DNA from: Ostrea edulis
Taxonomy: Eukaryota
Length of the DNA: 64,000 nt
Direction of reading: 5' to 3'
Assembly: GCF_947568905.1 (NCBI RefSeq)
Contig: NC_079166.1
Location: 9,982,001 to 10,046,000 of the forward strand
The translations under genes and the position numbers were made by a program. Position 1 is the first letter of the stretch, and each line of letters starts with the position of its first letter. This document shows, piece after piece, positions 25,874 through 39,092 of the stretch. The notes below the pieces were generated by a model, which was not told the DNA's origin, made no database searches, and was given only the letters and a program-made list of their open reading frames with translations.

Positions 25874-26219
25874 CTTGTTGCTGTTTTTGTTTAAGGTTAA
25901 GTGAACATGATTGAAATATTATGTGAGTACACACCCTATGATAACTACATTGTATCTGCATCTTTTGTCCCTAGGGTGTAGTTTGAATTGCATTAATGTA
26001 AAGATATAAAGGTTTTTTTAAAAACTGCTATGAGTATTGCATCTATTGCATATATTTTAAAAGTCTATTACAAATGCATTTTAGAAATACTTATAGTATA
26101 AGAAGACAGTCATGTTGCATATCTAATGGGTAGGTTATTAAAAAGGTTATAATATCTGTCCTTCGGAGGGTTATAATCAAACACTTGATGCAGGCAAGCA
26201 CAAGGTGACTGGCACCTCT

Positions 26220-26690
26220 GGTTTTTAGCTCTACTAGACCAGAAGAGCTTATGTTATGGTAAAGTGTCCTTTTTCCATCCATCTGTCTGTCTGTATGTGA
26301 ACAATTTTTAAAATGCTACAACTCCTACACATTTTGTCCGATTTCAATAAAACTCGGTGCATGGGTAGACTACATTAAGATGCACAATTCTGTACATTTG
26401 TTCTTAATTTCAATGAATGATGTTGCCATGGTTACAAAAAACAAATAATCTGAAACTCTTTCCAAAAACTACTCCGACGACAGTTTTGGTCTGATTTAAA
26501 TAAAATTTTGTACACAAGTAAATTACATCAAAATCCATAATTCTATTTATCAGTTTTTGATTACATTAAATGGTGTTGCCATGGTTACTAGAAGAAGAAG
26601 AATCTATAAAATTCTTTCAAAATGCTACAAAAATTGCACAGTTTTGACCTAATTTCAATTGAATATTACAAGTTCACACCAGTAGAGCTA
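26220..26690 (+). mobile_element. Degenerate Helentron-type element
   Basis: tttttagctctacta start, ccatccatctgtctgtctg microsatellite, and about 3 degenerate units with aaaatgctacaa and gttgccatggttac. Confidence 0.5.
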
Positions 26691-28581
26691 TAGCCTTATT
26701 AGAGAATTGGTTATAATTATACCATGAATCTAATTAAACTATATAATAAAATGAAGAAGAAAGAATGCAAATCTAATACCTAAGTTGTTTTTTTTTTCAA
26801 TGACATATTAATTTTCAGCAAATCTATTCTTATGTGTTATTTTATTATTTAAAAAAAAAAAAAAACATTAATAACCATGATGTAGTGTTTTATCGATATC
26901 AAGAATGTTCAGATCTATTGATCATGTATATGAAATGATGCATAAAACATTTTCCTAACTTTGAGAAATAAACTATAATCTTTAACTGATAAAGTGTTAC
27001 CTTATTAGTGTTATTTTCCCCTGCAAATAAAGTTAGCCTGGTAGATAGGAATTCCCTTGTCTGTCTGTTTATCTGCGTTTCTAGAGGAGGGATTGTCATG
27101 TCATGGTCATAGCTTTGGAGAGAAAAAAAAACATTGGCTGCTGCTTATATGACACAGAGATGAACTTGATCATGGATTTGTCATGACCTTGACCTGGTAT
27201 TACTTACACACAGTCACCAGGAGAAAATATTGTGTGTTGTAACCTTTATCAGGTTTTATTTAGACAAGGTCACAAGGAGAAAAATGTATGAAATTTTAGT
27301 GTGGGCCATAGCTGTAACAGAGAAAAGAATCTAACTAGACACAGAGGTTACTTTGAACCTAATGTTGCATCACTACTTGAGATCATTTTCATTTGATGAA
27401 GGAGGGGGTGATAAACTGTGTCTGGGCCATTTCTGTGTAACAGAAATTTAAGAATCCTATTGGCACTATAGTGGCTCATGATTTAGGGTTTGTCCTGCAC
27501 CTGACACGAGTCAATTGGACATGCAGAACCTGTTTGATGAATTGTATTGATAGTATCAGGGTCATTAACTTTTTGAAATTGTATTTTTCTTGTTTGCCAT
27601 AAAATTCTGAATTCTACTGTCTCTATTTTTTTTTGAAGATTTTTTTATTTGAAAGGAAAAAATCATGAAATTCAATTAATTTCTTTGACTACTTTAGATA
27701 ATATTCTAATGTTACATGTAAATTGATTGGTCAATTTTAATATACTGATGGTTACTTTGTAGAAAATGTCCAGGGAAAAAAGGGGGAAACATGTATATAT
27801 TGACGTAATGTGGTTTGTGTGTTCCAACCCACTATGCAATTGCTATTTATTTTATACATGTATGTTTACACAGTGTTGTATCTATTACCCCCCCCCCCCC
27901 CCAAGCATACTGGAATTAACGTCTGGTTAAGGACCGTGTTTAGGTCTGATCCAGGCTTTTCACAAGCAGTATTCAAATCAAACTTGCATAAATCATAATT
28001 TATTAATATATGCCTTGACCAATGCATACATTGATTGCTGCATCTTGCCTACATATAACACGGCAGTGACTTCGGTTTAGGACAGCATTTAGGGCAGTTC
28101 TTGACATATATCAATAAGTATTGAAACCAAAATGAAATGTATGGTGTATCTAAGGCTGCTGTGTATGATGCATGCTTCGAATGCTGTATTTGACCTACCG
28201 TTTACAAATAAGTGACACCGGTTCAAAGAAAGTGTTCTGCTCTGTTTCCATCTTATCTTTGGAGATATACAAACCAAACTTGGACGATGCATCTAAAGAT
28301 GTTTTTCAGATCTTTGACACCTGTTAAGGACTACGTTTTGGTCTGTTTTCAGCTTATCAAAAGGGGAACACAAACTAAACTTACTCCTGAGGTGCATCTA
28401 CATATCGATGATCATTTCAATGCGTGCTTTGCATGCTGCATCTGACCTACATTGCAAGCTTCCGTGATTCATTAAGAACAGTATTTAATTTTTTTCTTAT
28501 CACAAGGAGTTTTCAAAGCAAACTTCCTTAGTGTATCTCTGTAAATCTGCCTTCGTTTTGAGTATTCCCCACAGGGTGTAC

Positions 28582-29160
28582 TATTTCCCTTACGAGACAG
28601 TTCTAGTTTTTACAGGTGCTTTGATGAAAATTTACCTCAAAGAAAAATTTGCCTATATGCTAGTCTGATAAAATGATGTTTTGGGATTGTTTTTTTTTTT
28701 TTTTTTTGGTTGTTTTTTGAGCTCCTACACAAATCATATTCAATTGTATGCTATATATAATTGTTTTTGCATCCACACATGTTTTGTGAGATATTTTAGA
28801 CAAAGAATATATATATACATGTATATATATTACTGTGATATGGTTTGTGAGTTTCTACCCATAAGTATGTTATATATAATTATATACTATTAGTACTATT
28901 TCCCTTAGGAGACAGCTCTAGTTTTTACAGGTGCTTTAATGAAAATTAACCTAAAAGAAAAAGCCTATATACTAGTCAGATAAAATGATATGTGGTTTTT
29001 CTGAGCTCTTACACAAATCATATTCAATTGTATGCTATATATAATTGTTTTTCCATCCACACATGTTTTGTGGGATATTTCCCACAAAGACTTTATATAT
29101 ATTGTTATGATATGGTTTGTGGGTTCCTACCCACAAGTATGTTATATATAATTATCTACT
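28582..29160. repeat. Imperfect tandem duplication, about 314-bp unit x2
   Basis: ctatttccctta(c/g)gagacag(t/c)tctagtttttacaggtgc occurs at 28582 and 28896 with collinear downstream sequence. Confidence 0.85.
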
Positions 29161-29439
29161 ATATATCACTGTGGGACATATACCCACAATGTAATGACCA
29201 ACAACGTTATCTATACCTGTAGCTTTGAAACCAAATATGAGAACACTTTATAATTTTCCTATATTTGGGATCTACATCAAAATCTATTCTTAAAAATGTG
29301 TTTTCTTTTGTAATAAACCTATTACAAATGTAGGGTCCCATAAACCATATTTATGGATCATGACCCACAAACCACGCCAAGTACCTATATATATATAAAG
29401 CACAGGGAATTTCACTTTATTTGGATACCCACTTCCTCC

Positions 29440-29530
29440 CCTACCCAGGGTTGAACTCACGACCTGCAGAACCAAATCTCCTAGCAGCATGTAACCAGCG
29501 CACTAGACCGCTCGTCCATCTAGGCAAGTC
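29440..29530 (-). other. tRNA-like (Pol III A/B box) segment within a repeat, not a functional tRNA
   Basis: Minus strand: gcctagaTGGACGAGCGGtctagtgcgctggttac...gcaggtcgtGAGTTCAACCCtggg. Confidence 0.55.
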
Positions 29531-29632
29531 AAAAAACCTTGCTTTCGATGACGATGGAATTCTCGCCACGCTGTCACACGTCTAGCGCGTACATGCACTC
29601 AGTCGTGTAGGAGTTTTTCATTAGGTGTCATT

Positions 29633-29687
29633 TTTCTCCTGACGAGTGAGGGGAAAATATCCCCTTATGAAACAACCTGTAGAAAAA
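29633..29687 (+). ncRNA. Minimal type I hammerhead ribozyme motif
   Basis: tttctc-CTGACGA-gtgagggga/aaata/tccccttat-GAAA-c-aacct-g-TA-gaaaaa. Core nucleotides are intact, stem II has 9 bp (with G-U pairs), stem III has 2 bp, and stem I has one mismatch. Confidence 0.6.
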
Positions 29688-29780
29688 TAAATTATATTAT
29701 GTGATTGAAATCCATCTGATCATCAATTTATGTAGCTCCGTGAGGCCACGTCGAGCACTCTAGAAGATTATATCGGAGAT

Positions 29781-29786
29781 TTATCC

Positions 29787-29824
<38 letters not shown>
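29781..29824. repeat. (TA)n microsatellite
   Basis: Pure TA run. Confidence 0.9.
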
Positions 29825-29826
<2 letters not shown>

Positions 29827-30394
29827 CATTGTATTCATTTACTTCATTTACAGATTTACTTCATGTATATAAACATAGGTAATGCACACCATGGGTTCGC
29901 GACATAGAACACGTTGAATGCATATAGCTGTTTATCTGTGACCACTATACCAGACCGCGGATGTACATGTGTACTGTGATAGATATGTGAACTAAAATTA
30001 AAGGCTCTATTTGGATATAACTCTGCAAATTCAATAAAGGTTTCAAGAATGATGTATGTCATAATTTCGCTAATTCTATGCTTGTTATAATGACATCCCC
30101 AGACATGTTGAAATAACTATGACATTATCGGACTAACTTAACCCGCGTACCCGTTACAGTTCTCAAGTTGGTTAACATACTCATTACAGATGAATCGCAT
30201 CAGTTACCATAACTTACTACTAATGGAATTATATAGATGTGGATGAACCTAACCAATGGTCTATATTATTATATATATTAATTCGATTTAAGTTAACATT
30301 ATTCTGCCTGTTCTATACCTTTAAAAAGATTTATGAGTAAGTCACCACGCATAATTCAGCAGTCAATATTCGACTATGCAAAACCGGTACCTAT

Positions 30395-30595
30395 AGCTTA
30401 GTGGGTGGTACAGTGTACACATCATGACCAGGAGGTCATAAATTAGAGTCCCGCTCGTCAAACCTAAGCACGCTCACTGAAGAACCCTCACTGGTACAAC
30501 CCTGAGCGCTAAGCATAGGGCTAGAGTTGTAGTTCTTTACTTACAGCTGGTGACGTCTCAATATGTATGAAAAATCCTCGACGGACGTATTTACA
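30395..30595 (+). mobile_element. Internally deleted tRNA-derived SINE
   Basis: Shares aagaaccctcactg, gagcgctaagcata and gacgtctcaatatg with the SINEs at 38760 and 58510. Confidence 0.55.
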
Positions 30596-31087
30596 ACAAA
30601 CTTTGCCAAAAGGAAAATGCGCATCATTGATGTCGAATGTAAACTCGAAGCTTTGGGGTTACGTTGATTTTTTGAGGCATTGTGTACGATATTTTTAACT
30701 GGTTTTGTAAATACCTCAACATACATGTTACAGTGTACGAATGTTTTAAAATTTTCAAGTGTGGAATTTGAAACAAAAATCAGTTATTATTTTGTGCAGT
30801 TGATGAATGCAGAAAGACACAGCTGTGTGTTGTAGAATTCCAATATGCTACAATGACCTTTGTGGAACAGTTGTAATTTACAAAAGAAAGGAAATGTATT
30901 GTTCTTTTAAAATTGAATCAAAAGTGGTATTTTGTATGTTAAAAATCTTACTTTTATTGCTCAATGGAAACACCGTAGTATATTCTTGTTTGAAAAACAG
31001 ATATTCTAAAGTTTATCATTATTTTGAATCATAAAAACATTATTAGATATATTGCAGAGTAGATGGTAAAGAGCAGAATCGTGCAAG

Positions 31088-31365
31088 GTGAATATAACGA
31101 ACAGTGATCAATCTCATAACTCCTACAAGCAATACAAAATAGATAGTTGGGCAAACACGGACCCCTGGACACACCAGAGGTGGGATCGGGTGCCTAGGAG
31201 GAGTAAGCATCCCCTGTTGACCGGTCACACCCGCCGTGAGCCCCATATCCTGATCAGGTAAACGGAGTTATCCTCAGTCAAAATCAGTGTGCCAAGAACG
31301 GCTTAACAATCGGTATGAAACACGTCAGACAGCATTTGACCCAATGCGAGGTTGTAAACCCTTTC
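31088..31365 (-). mobile_element. Penelope-like 3' end fragment
   Basis: Near-consensus tail aacgaacagtgatcaatctcataactcc...gggcaaacacggacccctggacacaccagaggtggg. Confidence 0.8.
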
Positions 31366-31579
31366 TATTGCATTACTCGTCTGCATTGTAATTCTTACAA
31401 AACAAATGTAAAGTACGCTTTATAAAAAAAAAAGTTGTTAATGTCACAAATAAACACAGTCACTGTTGAGAAGAGACTAATCCTATAGTAGCGCTATTTT
31501 TTTCGTTGGAAGGGATGGAGGTGGTAAAGGAACTGTAGAACGTGTAAGTAATCACGAAAATGCTGATTGAAGGATGCTA

Positions 31580-31740
31580 TATCATGTAAAACTTATACGG
31601 TACCAATTTTGATGTACCAGATGCGCATTTCGACAAATAATGTCTCTTCAGTGATGCTCAACCGAAATGTCTGAAATCCGAAATAACTATGAAGTTTTAG
31701 AGCTAGATATAGCCAAAAACAGCGTGCCAAAAAAAGTGGC
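31580..31740 (-). mobile_element. Hammerhead-carrying repeat fragment (Penelope pLTR-like)
   Basis: Same family as 12410, 32275 and 52176; contains the best-preserved ribozyme core. Confidence 0.7.
31614..31657 (-). ncRNA. Minimal type I hammerhead ribozyme with palindromic stem III loop
   Basis: Minus strand: gcatca-CTGAAGA-gaca/ttatt/tgtc-GAAA-t-gcgc-a-TC-tggtac. Core intact, GCGC palindromic loop, stem I 5 of 6 pairs. Confidence 0.7.
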
Positions 31741-32274
31741 TGTATTATATAACATTTTCAATATCTTATTACCGGTCAACAGGAGATATTTCTCCTGCTA
31801 GACACCTGATCCCACCCGTGGTATGTTCAGGTCCGTATTCGCCCTTCTCTGAATTTTTTAATCCTTATATAATTTATGAGATTTATCACTGTTCGTTACA
31901 TTATCTTCACTTGTTCATTATATTGAAATAAAAGTATTCTTTATTTTCTAATGAAATTACTAGATTAATTCCTATTTCGAGTAGTTTTGATTTTCGATAT
32001 ATATGATATACTCGATATGCTGGGAACTTTTTAACTCTGCTTAAAAATATTTGAGAAGTTTTAATATTTAATGCTAATGTCTTTATATCAGATAAGAAAA
32101 CTGCATATGTTATCATGATCATATATCTTTTGTTTCCTTTCATACCTTGAATCCAATTATTCATGTTTTGAACACGTATATCATAAAATAATAAAATGGA
32201 AAAATTAAATGAAAAAATGATTACGCATCTATCTCGAAAAAGAAAATGAAAGCGATTGGTAAAAACATTTCCGA

Positions 32275-32512
32275 AATTTGTCGAAATGTGCATCTGGTGC
32301 ATCAAAATTGGTACCATATAAGTTTTACATTATGACCCCTGGGTCGAGACCTCTGCGGGTGGAATGTTAGTCCCCGAGGGTCTCTACAGCCCAGTAGCTA
32401 GGTACTTCGTTACTAGCTTGAAAATACGGATGTATATTTAATTGCTGTTATAAAATTTAGCAATTCATTTCAAAATTAAGGATTATCTCCCTCATGCATA
32501 GCTCTTATCCTT
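32275..32512 (+). mobile_element. Hammerhead-family repeat showing a tail-to-head junction
   Basis: The 3' half of the ribozyme plus tail (tgtcgaaatgtgcatctggtgcatcaaaattggtacc...ttttaca) is directly followed by the head gggtcgagacctctgc; in the 52176 copy that tail is at the end. Confidence 0.7.
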
Positions 32513-35405
32513 GTTTTACATGTTACATAGGTTAGAATTGATGGAAATTATAAAAGGTATTTCATCTTTTGTTTCAATAGGAAATTGATAGAAAAAGTAG
32601 TTACTTCCTGAATTTTCGTTGGAGAAGGAATCTCTTAATGAAAATTTGTGGCTTACATAATATTGCCCACTTAGAATAAACTTATGATTGTTCTCGTATG
32701 TTATTATATGTACCATAGATACGAAGTATCTGATTTTGTTGAACTATTTAAAACATCTATCATAATTTCATTGTTGATGAAACGGAAACACAAATTATAT
32801 CTGATATGTAAATAAGGAAAAAATATTACGATATCTTGTAATTTCCGTATTTATCAATTAAGTTTTATGTTTACGAGGACATTTAGCATATGACTGAGTC
32901 ATTCCAATTAAACCATTAAGATAAAAAAGGAGTGTCACTGATATGATAAAAACTCGACATGAGTATTACTTTTCTGACTCTGCTTTTGGCTTGTTCTGAA
33001 GTTGTAAAACTCCAGGAAACTTGTGTAGGGTAAGATTTCTTAATTTCTATTCCTTTTACAGTTATTATTCCCACATTTAACCTTTCAGGGATGTCTTTAA
33101 AGAGATTTCTTAATGTTAGGATTTTAAAAAGCACCTTTTAATCCAATGTACAATTTCACTATTGTCAGTGTTTTAATCAAATCTGACTCTGCATTGAGAC
33201 CATGCAAATGACAATGCATGGTATTTTAATGGACACATCTTTCGCCAAGAACAAAAGTTTGGTAATACATAAGCTTGCTATTATTGATGACATCGACAAA
33301 CATTTTATTAATGAAAGACATGAACTCAGAACTGAAATGACCACAATGGACGGAGGTGTGACCTACCAGAATCGCATTAAGGCTTTTAAACTATGTCAAA
33401 CAATGCAGATGTACATGTACATTTCATAACATTAAACATATGTTTGTATGAACTTTTCCATATTTACTTCAAATAAAAGCATGACTAATAAAGTATAAAG
33501 GATAAAATATATTAAGTACGATTGTGAAAAGATTTGCATCAAGCAGACAAAAGTATATATATGTAATAAAAGTAATACACATTTGATGTCGTATTACAAT
33601 TGAAGTTTACAATCTCAGTGTTATTGTAATGTCATTTGCGAGTTACTCGAATTTATATCATAGATTTATCGTATGATTTAAAAATTCCACGTTTTCCGAT
33701 TGACTGAGAGCCAACAAATATAAATATAAATATAAAAAATAATAGAACTTTACCTTCACCTCCATCTACCATCCAGCGAGTGCTACATCAAAATTGAAGA
33801 TAACCAACAGTGAATAATCTTAAGAATCTTATAAAGAATGTAAAACTGTGTGTAGGGCAAACACGGACCTCTAAACACGCCAGAGGTGGAAGCAAGTACA
33901 GATGATAGGAGTGAACAACTCTTTGTGACTGGTCACACTCCCCGTAATCCTTATGTCTTGACCAGGAAAATGGAGTAATCCGCAGTAAAAATCATTATGT
34001 AAAGAATGGCTCCATAATTGGTGTAGAACACTTCAAACAGTATTTGGCCTAATTACAGGTTGTATTGACATCAATATTCCACTTGTATTTATTAAAACAA
34101 ACATTAGTACAAAACTTTGTATGACTTACTCTATCGATATTTGCCCGTACTTCCTCTACTTTAATATATTGTAATTTCAAATTAGTTATTTAATCCTTAT
34201 ATCGACCGTATAATTTGCAAAATTATTATTTTAACCTAGACTGTCTGCATCACTACAACATCAACGTATTTGTCGATTTACAAATTGATCATAATTATGC
34301 AGAACATGCTTTTGCATATGGAATCAAATCAGAGGTATAAACAACATATACAGATAATGAAATTTTGCTACATGAATATGAGAAGTTGACGATTGAGAAG
34401 CTGATTTAAGGGCAACGATACCTATAACAATTTGTGATAATATTTGTATGTTTTAATCTTCTTAAAACACAGCAAAGTTCTTTGCCTGATGAATCTTTGG
34501 TATTATATAATCTAGATAGTCTGTGTTTGTGCGATTTGCTTTATTATTCGATCAAACAACAATGTAAATTGATCATTAATACATGAAATGCGCCAATAAA
34601 AAGATTTTTTTAAGAATATCATTTTGGGGGCAATTTTTATCGATTGAATTTACAAGTAAAGATTCCCAAATAATTAAATAATAAATGTATAAAAATAAAC
34701 ATCGTTTCATAGCAAATTTTGTGAAAGATCTAAGTATGGGTTTTTTAACAATATCAAAATATCTACAAATAATTTTTCAAAAATTTATAACATTAACGAT
34801 GAGCAGTGATTAATCTCATAACTCCTATAAGCAATACAGAATAGAAAGTTGGGCAAGCACAGACCCTTGGATATACCGAAGGTGGGATCATATGTCTATA
34901 TATTTCGAGGATCTTATATCCTTAATTTATCGTAAGGAATGATGGTGTAATGCGTTCAAATGTCGTAAGGTTTGATGATGTTGACTTTGGAAAACTTTTA
35001 TATTTAAAATTTACGAAGATTATTTGAAATATATTAGAGAATACTTTTAAATTTCCTTACTTCATTTGTTTGAGGTTTATTTTGATAAAATTTGTTTTAT
35101 ACTAGTTATCTGTAGAAAATTGTTGATAATCCTAAGAAGATTCATTTCCAAGTAGACACTAAGTACACAGTCAAATTAATTAAGCTTTACAGAGCAATGC
35201 ATACATTTTAAAGCTAAACCTCAATGCAAAGTTTATGTTCTGCAAAAAATAAAAGGTATACAAAGATTATCATATGATTTTTGGTGCAAAATTTGCAATG
35301 TCGATGACATCTTAGAATGATGCCAATCTTTGTGAGCTTCACTTTGAGGTGTTTTTGATTTTGAGGGACAAGAATGGATTTTACCTTTTAAAATTGAATT
35401 TCTAG

Positions 35406-36891
35406 GGAACATGGAGAAATATGCTGTGAAGGCTACAGATTGGATGCAGTAACATTTAAATGTGTTAGTAAGTAGCTGTATGAAATTACTCGAAGTTAAA
35501 CATTCAGTAAGAGAAATCCCAACTCTCATCAAAAACCCTAAAATACATGAATATTCCTAAACACAGCTGGATCTTTTATCTTACAGCATATGCTAAAAAC
35601 ACAGTGGCAGATATATTCAAAACACTTACAAGACCTTAAGAGGTCGTATTTAAAATACAAAATGTGCCATTGATATGTATTAAAGACATAGATAATGTAA
35701 CGGTATGAATTTTGTTTTTCTGATAACATGAACCTAAGAGTGTGTTGAGCACGTAGTCAAATACCGGGTTTAAAATCATTTTTCTTTTACCACTTCAAAG
35801 AGGATTTTAGGTCAGTTTCATTCATATCACCCACGTTATCTAACAAACGATTCTTTGACGCAATAGACGTACAGGTGTACGTATAGTGAATGAAAACTTT
35901 TTTCGCGTATTAAAATCCCGTTTAAAAACCCCTCAGTTGGTTGTATGAAAATCAAACAATCTCAGGTCAAACTGTTATTTTATTGCATTCATTTTAGTTT
36001 CATACTGAATAATACCCCATTCTTACTTCGATATCTATGTGTAAAATGGTGGATACTCTCTTGTATTTATTCAGTTTTTCATTTTATATATGGATTTTAC
36101 GGTATTGTAGAGTGTGACGTTGGATATTGGGGGTCAAATTGTGAGATCCGGTGTCCTTTCCCAACATACGGAGATGCATGCCAACAACTCTGTGATTGTG
36201 AAGAAAGGCGTTGTAATTCTGTGAGTGGTTGTATGATTATCATCGGTATGTCCTTCAATACTTAACAAATATAAACATTCTTAGGATGCCACTTTTATTT
36301 TGAAATTTTGAATCATCCTAAAGTTGAAGGGTGTGGTTGTACTGCAATAGAAAATTGAGATATGCGATACTTACTCATATTATGACGTATATTGTAGCCA
36401 GATTGTCTTCATTTACATGAACCCTTAATATTTCAGGCACATGGAATATCATTTCTTTAGACACCACAAGTTTATCAACCGACGGTAGTGACATTGTGCA
36501 AATAACTGTGCATGTCCTGGATAAAGAATCGAAAAAGGAATCGACAAATACTTTGCTGATCGGATTACTTGGCGTCAATTCATTGGTGGTGATCGCTGCT
36601 TGTATATACATAGTCAAATGCATGTTAAAAAAATACAGACTTCATAAGAGGAATATGTCCACTTCTAGCCAAATGAGCAACGACGAAAATGTCTACCAAA
36701 CGGAAGAAATGAATGTGGCATATCAGGTTATTCATGATCCGCAATATACAACTCCATTGACATATGAAGTTCCGATTGAAAGACATGATGTGGTTAAAAT
36801 CGAAAGGGAATTACATGACAGACACGTGGACATTGAAAAATCCGGAGATTATTTAATACCAGTAGCACACTCATCCAAGAGCGATAGTTAA
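35406..36891 (+). CDS. Short EGF-like (MEGF/scavenger receptor F-like) single-pass membrane protein, 5'-partial, exons 35406-35467, 36111-36245, 36437-36891
   Basis: In-phase chain EHGEICCEGYRLDAVTFKCV-K-CDVGYWGSNCEIRCPFPTYGDACQQLCDCEERRCNSVSGC, then a Ser/Thr stalk, TM LLIGLLGVNSLVVIAACIYIV, a basic stop-transfer segment and a Tyr-rich tail. The signal-peptide exon was not found. Confidence 0.75.
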
Positions 36892-37319
36892 TAAGGATTA
36901 ATTCATGGACGTGTATTACATCCCTATATCTATCCTCAAATGTGGTCACATTAATTTATTGTCGCATCTATGAACAACAGAACACTTAAGCATTGGTTTC
37001 CGTTTGAATACTTTCCTGGTACGAAATTAGTAAATTCCAAAATAAATCGAACAACATGAGATGACAACAAACACATATTGAAAACATTTTGCAGACAAAG
37101 TTCTCGCAGCACCGAATTAAATTTCTTTAACAATTGACATATAGTTATGTACACGCATTATCCACGATGACATGAAATTCTTTAGAACGACACATAAATT
37201 ATGATATTCAGTATGTTTGTAACTATTAACCAATTCCAATGTATGTGAAGTAATTCATATTCTTAACATAATCCATTTTGAAGATGTGCGTATTTCCGAT
37301 TTTTATAAAAATATTCAAA

Positions 37320-37500
37320 ACTCCGTTTACCTGATAAGGATAAAGGGCTCACTGCGGGTGTGACCGGTCGACAGGGGATACTCACTCCTCCTAGGCACCT
37401 GATCCCACCTCTGGTGTGTCCAGGGGTCCGTGTTTTCCCAACTATATATTGTTTGTAGGAGTTATGAGATTGATCACTGTTTGTTATCTTCACCTTTCAT
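37320..37500 (+). mobile_element. Penelope-like 3' end fragment
   Basis: ctccgtttacctgat...ccacctctggtgtgtccaggggtccgtg...gatcactgtttgttatcttcacctttcat. Confidence 0.8.
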
Positions 37501-37639
37501 TCACGAGGCTCGATCATAGATAACCGAGATTTATTAATTACAGAATGACCCAGGTAACCCATAAAAAAGAAAATCGGGTATATTCATATTGTATACATTT
37601 TGATTATAGTGGAAAATAAACTCCATTGGGTATTTTTTT

Positions 37640-38418
37640 AATAACCCCATTAATCATAGGGGGCTTTAAACTTAAAATTTTGATAAAAGCTTTCTGACAT
37701 GGTGCAAATTTCAGTTTGTTGAAATCATGACCCCTTGGAGGTAGGGAGGGACCAAAATAGGGGACCAAAGTTTTACATGCGATTATACAGGGGTAATCTT
37801 TAAAATCTTTTTCTCAGGAACCTCCTCCTACTCCTCCTAGTCCTTGTTGCACCCGTGGGCACATAGGGCAAGGAACCACCGGACCATAAGAGTGAAGATT
37901 TAAGTGAAAGCCTCCTGATGTATAGCAGATTCAAATTTGTTCAGACCATGACTCCTGAGGATAGGGTGGAGCGACATTAGGGGATCAAAGTTTTACATAC
38001 TGATATATAGAGAGATATTTCCATTATCACATGGCCTATTTAAAAAAAAAAGATACAAATCGTCCGTAGGAGGGGGTTTAAGTCTAAGTTCAAATGAAGG
38101 TTAATGTACCTTCAAATGCGAATGAATAGGGAACCAAACTTGGCACAAAGAATTCTTCGATGAACTTTGTTAATATGAAAGGCCATACCCGTCTACAAGG
38201 GCATAAGAGAATTAATGAATGTGTAGTTAGGTTTAATAATTAAATTTGATAATTGATGAAATTTTAGTCGTTAACTTTTAAAAATGAAATTATAGTTCTT
38301 AACTTTGAAAAGTTTTTCTCTTAGCCAAGTTGCTTGGATAATGATAGCGTTGCTCAAGCTTGTTTACTGCTAGGAGCAACTGCACAGTTGAGTAATGAAG
38401 CTCATGGACCTCTTGTTA
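37640..38418 (+). mobile_element. Degenerate Helentron-type element
   Basis: catgacccc...caaagttttacatgcga units as in 816-1337; ends gctcatggacctcttgtt. Confidence 0.55.
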
Positions 38419-38759
38419 AATGTTCTTTTTAACTCCTGGACTTCAGTCAAACTGAATGCATAATAATGAGAGAAGCTTTCGAGGATATCGTGCTAGGACA
38501 GGGGTAAAATACTTCAAACAATTATGCAATCTTTGAACTTCTCCTTTACTCGGGGACATGTAGATGATAGACTGCATATAAAGTCATGGATGATTCTGTT
38601 AAATATTACGAAATTCTTGGACGATGGATTTGATGGTCGTTCTTTCTGGTTTAAATAGCATTTATTTTACTTAATTAAACGTTTCCTTGATTCGTTGATA
38701 TCAAACAATAATCAATGATATGAAGAGAAGCTTCTACCAAATTCAGGACCGTTCGGGAT

Positions 38760-39092
38760 AACTCAGTGGTGAAGCAGTCGCTTCGTAACCGGTAGATCGT
38801 GAATTCGAGCCCGCTCGTGCCATGGCCGTGTCAAACATAAGACGTAAGCATAGGTAGTGATTGCTCCTTTGCCAAACATTCAGCATTTAGAAGTGAAAAT
38901 CACGGGCGTTTAGGATATGACCTTAAATACGGAAGTCCCGTGTCGTGATATGCGTTGCCACATAAAATAATCCTCAGAGCTACGGGCGTGAGCGCTAAAC
39001 ATAGATCTGAATTTGTAGTATTTCATCTGCAACTGGCAGTGACGTCTCAATATGAGAAAAGCAATCTGGACGGGACGTAATTAAAACAACCA
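38760..39092 (+). mobile_element. tRNA-derived SINE (diverged)
   Basis: B-box-like gaattcgagccc; body taggtagtgattgctcctttgccaaac...gacgtctcaatatgag is collinear with the SINE at 58510. Confidence 0.75.

Noticed and set aside
33202-33429. 75-aa ORF as first exon of the EGF-like receptor
   Set aside because: No signal peptide and no phase-compatible donor identified.
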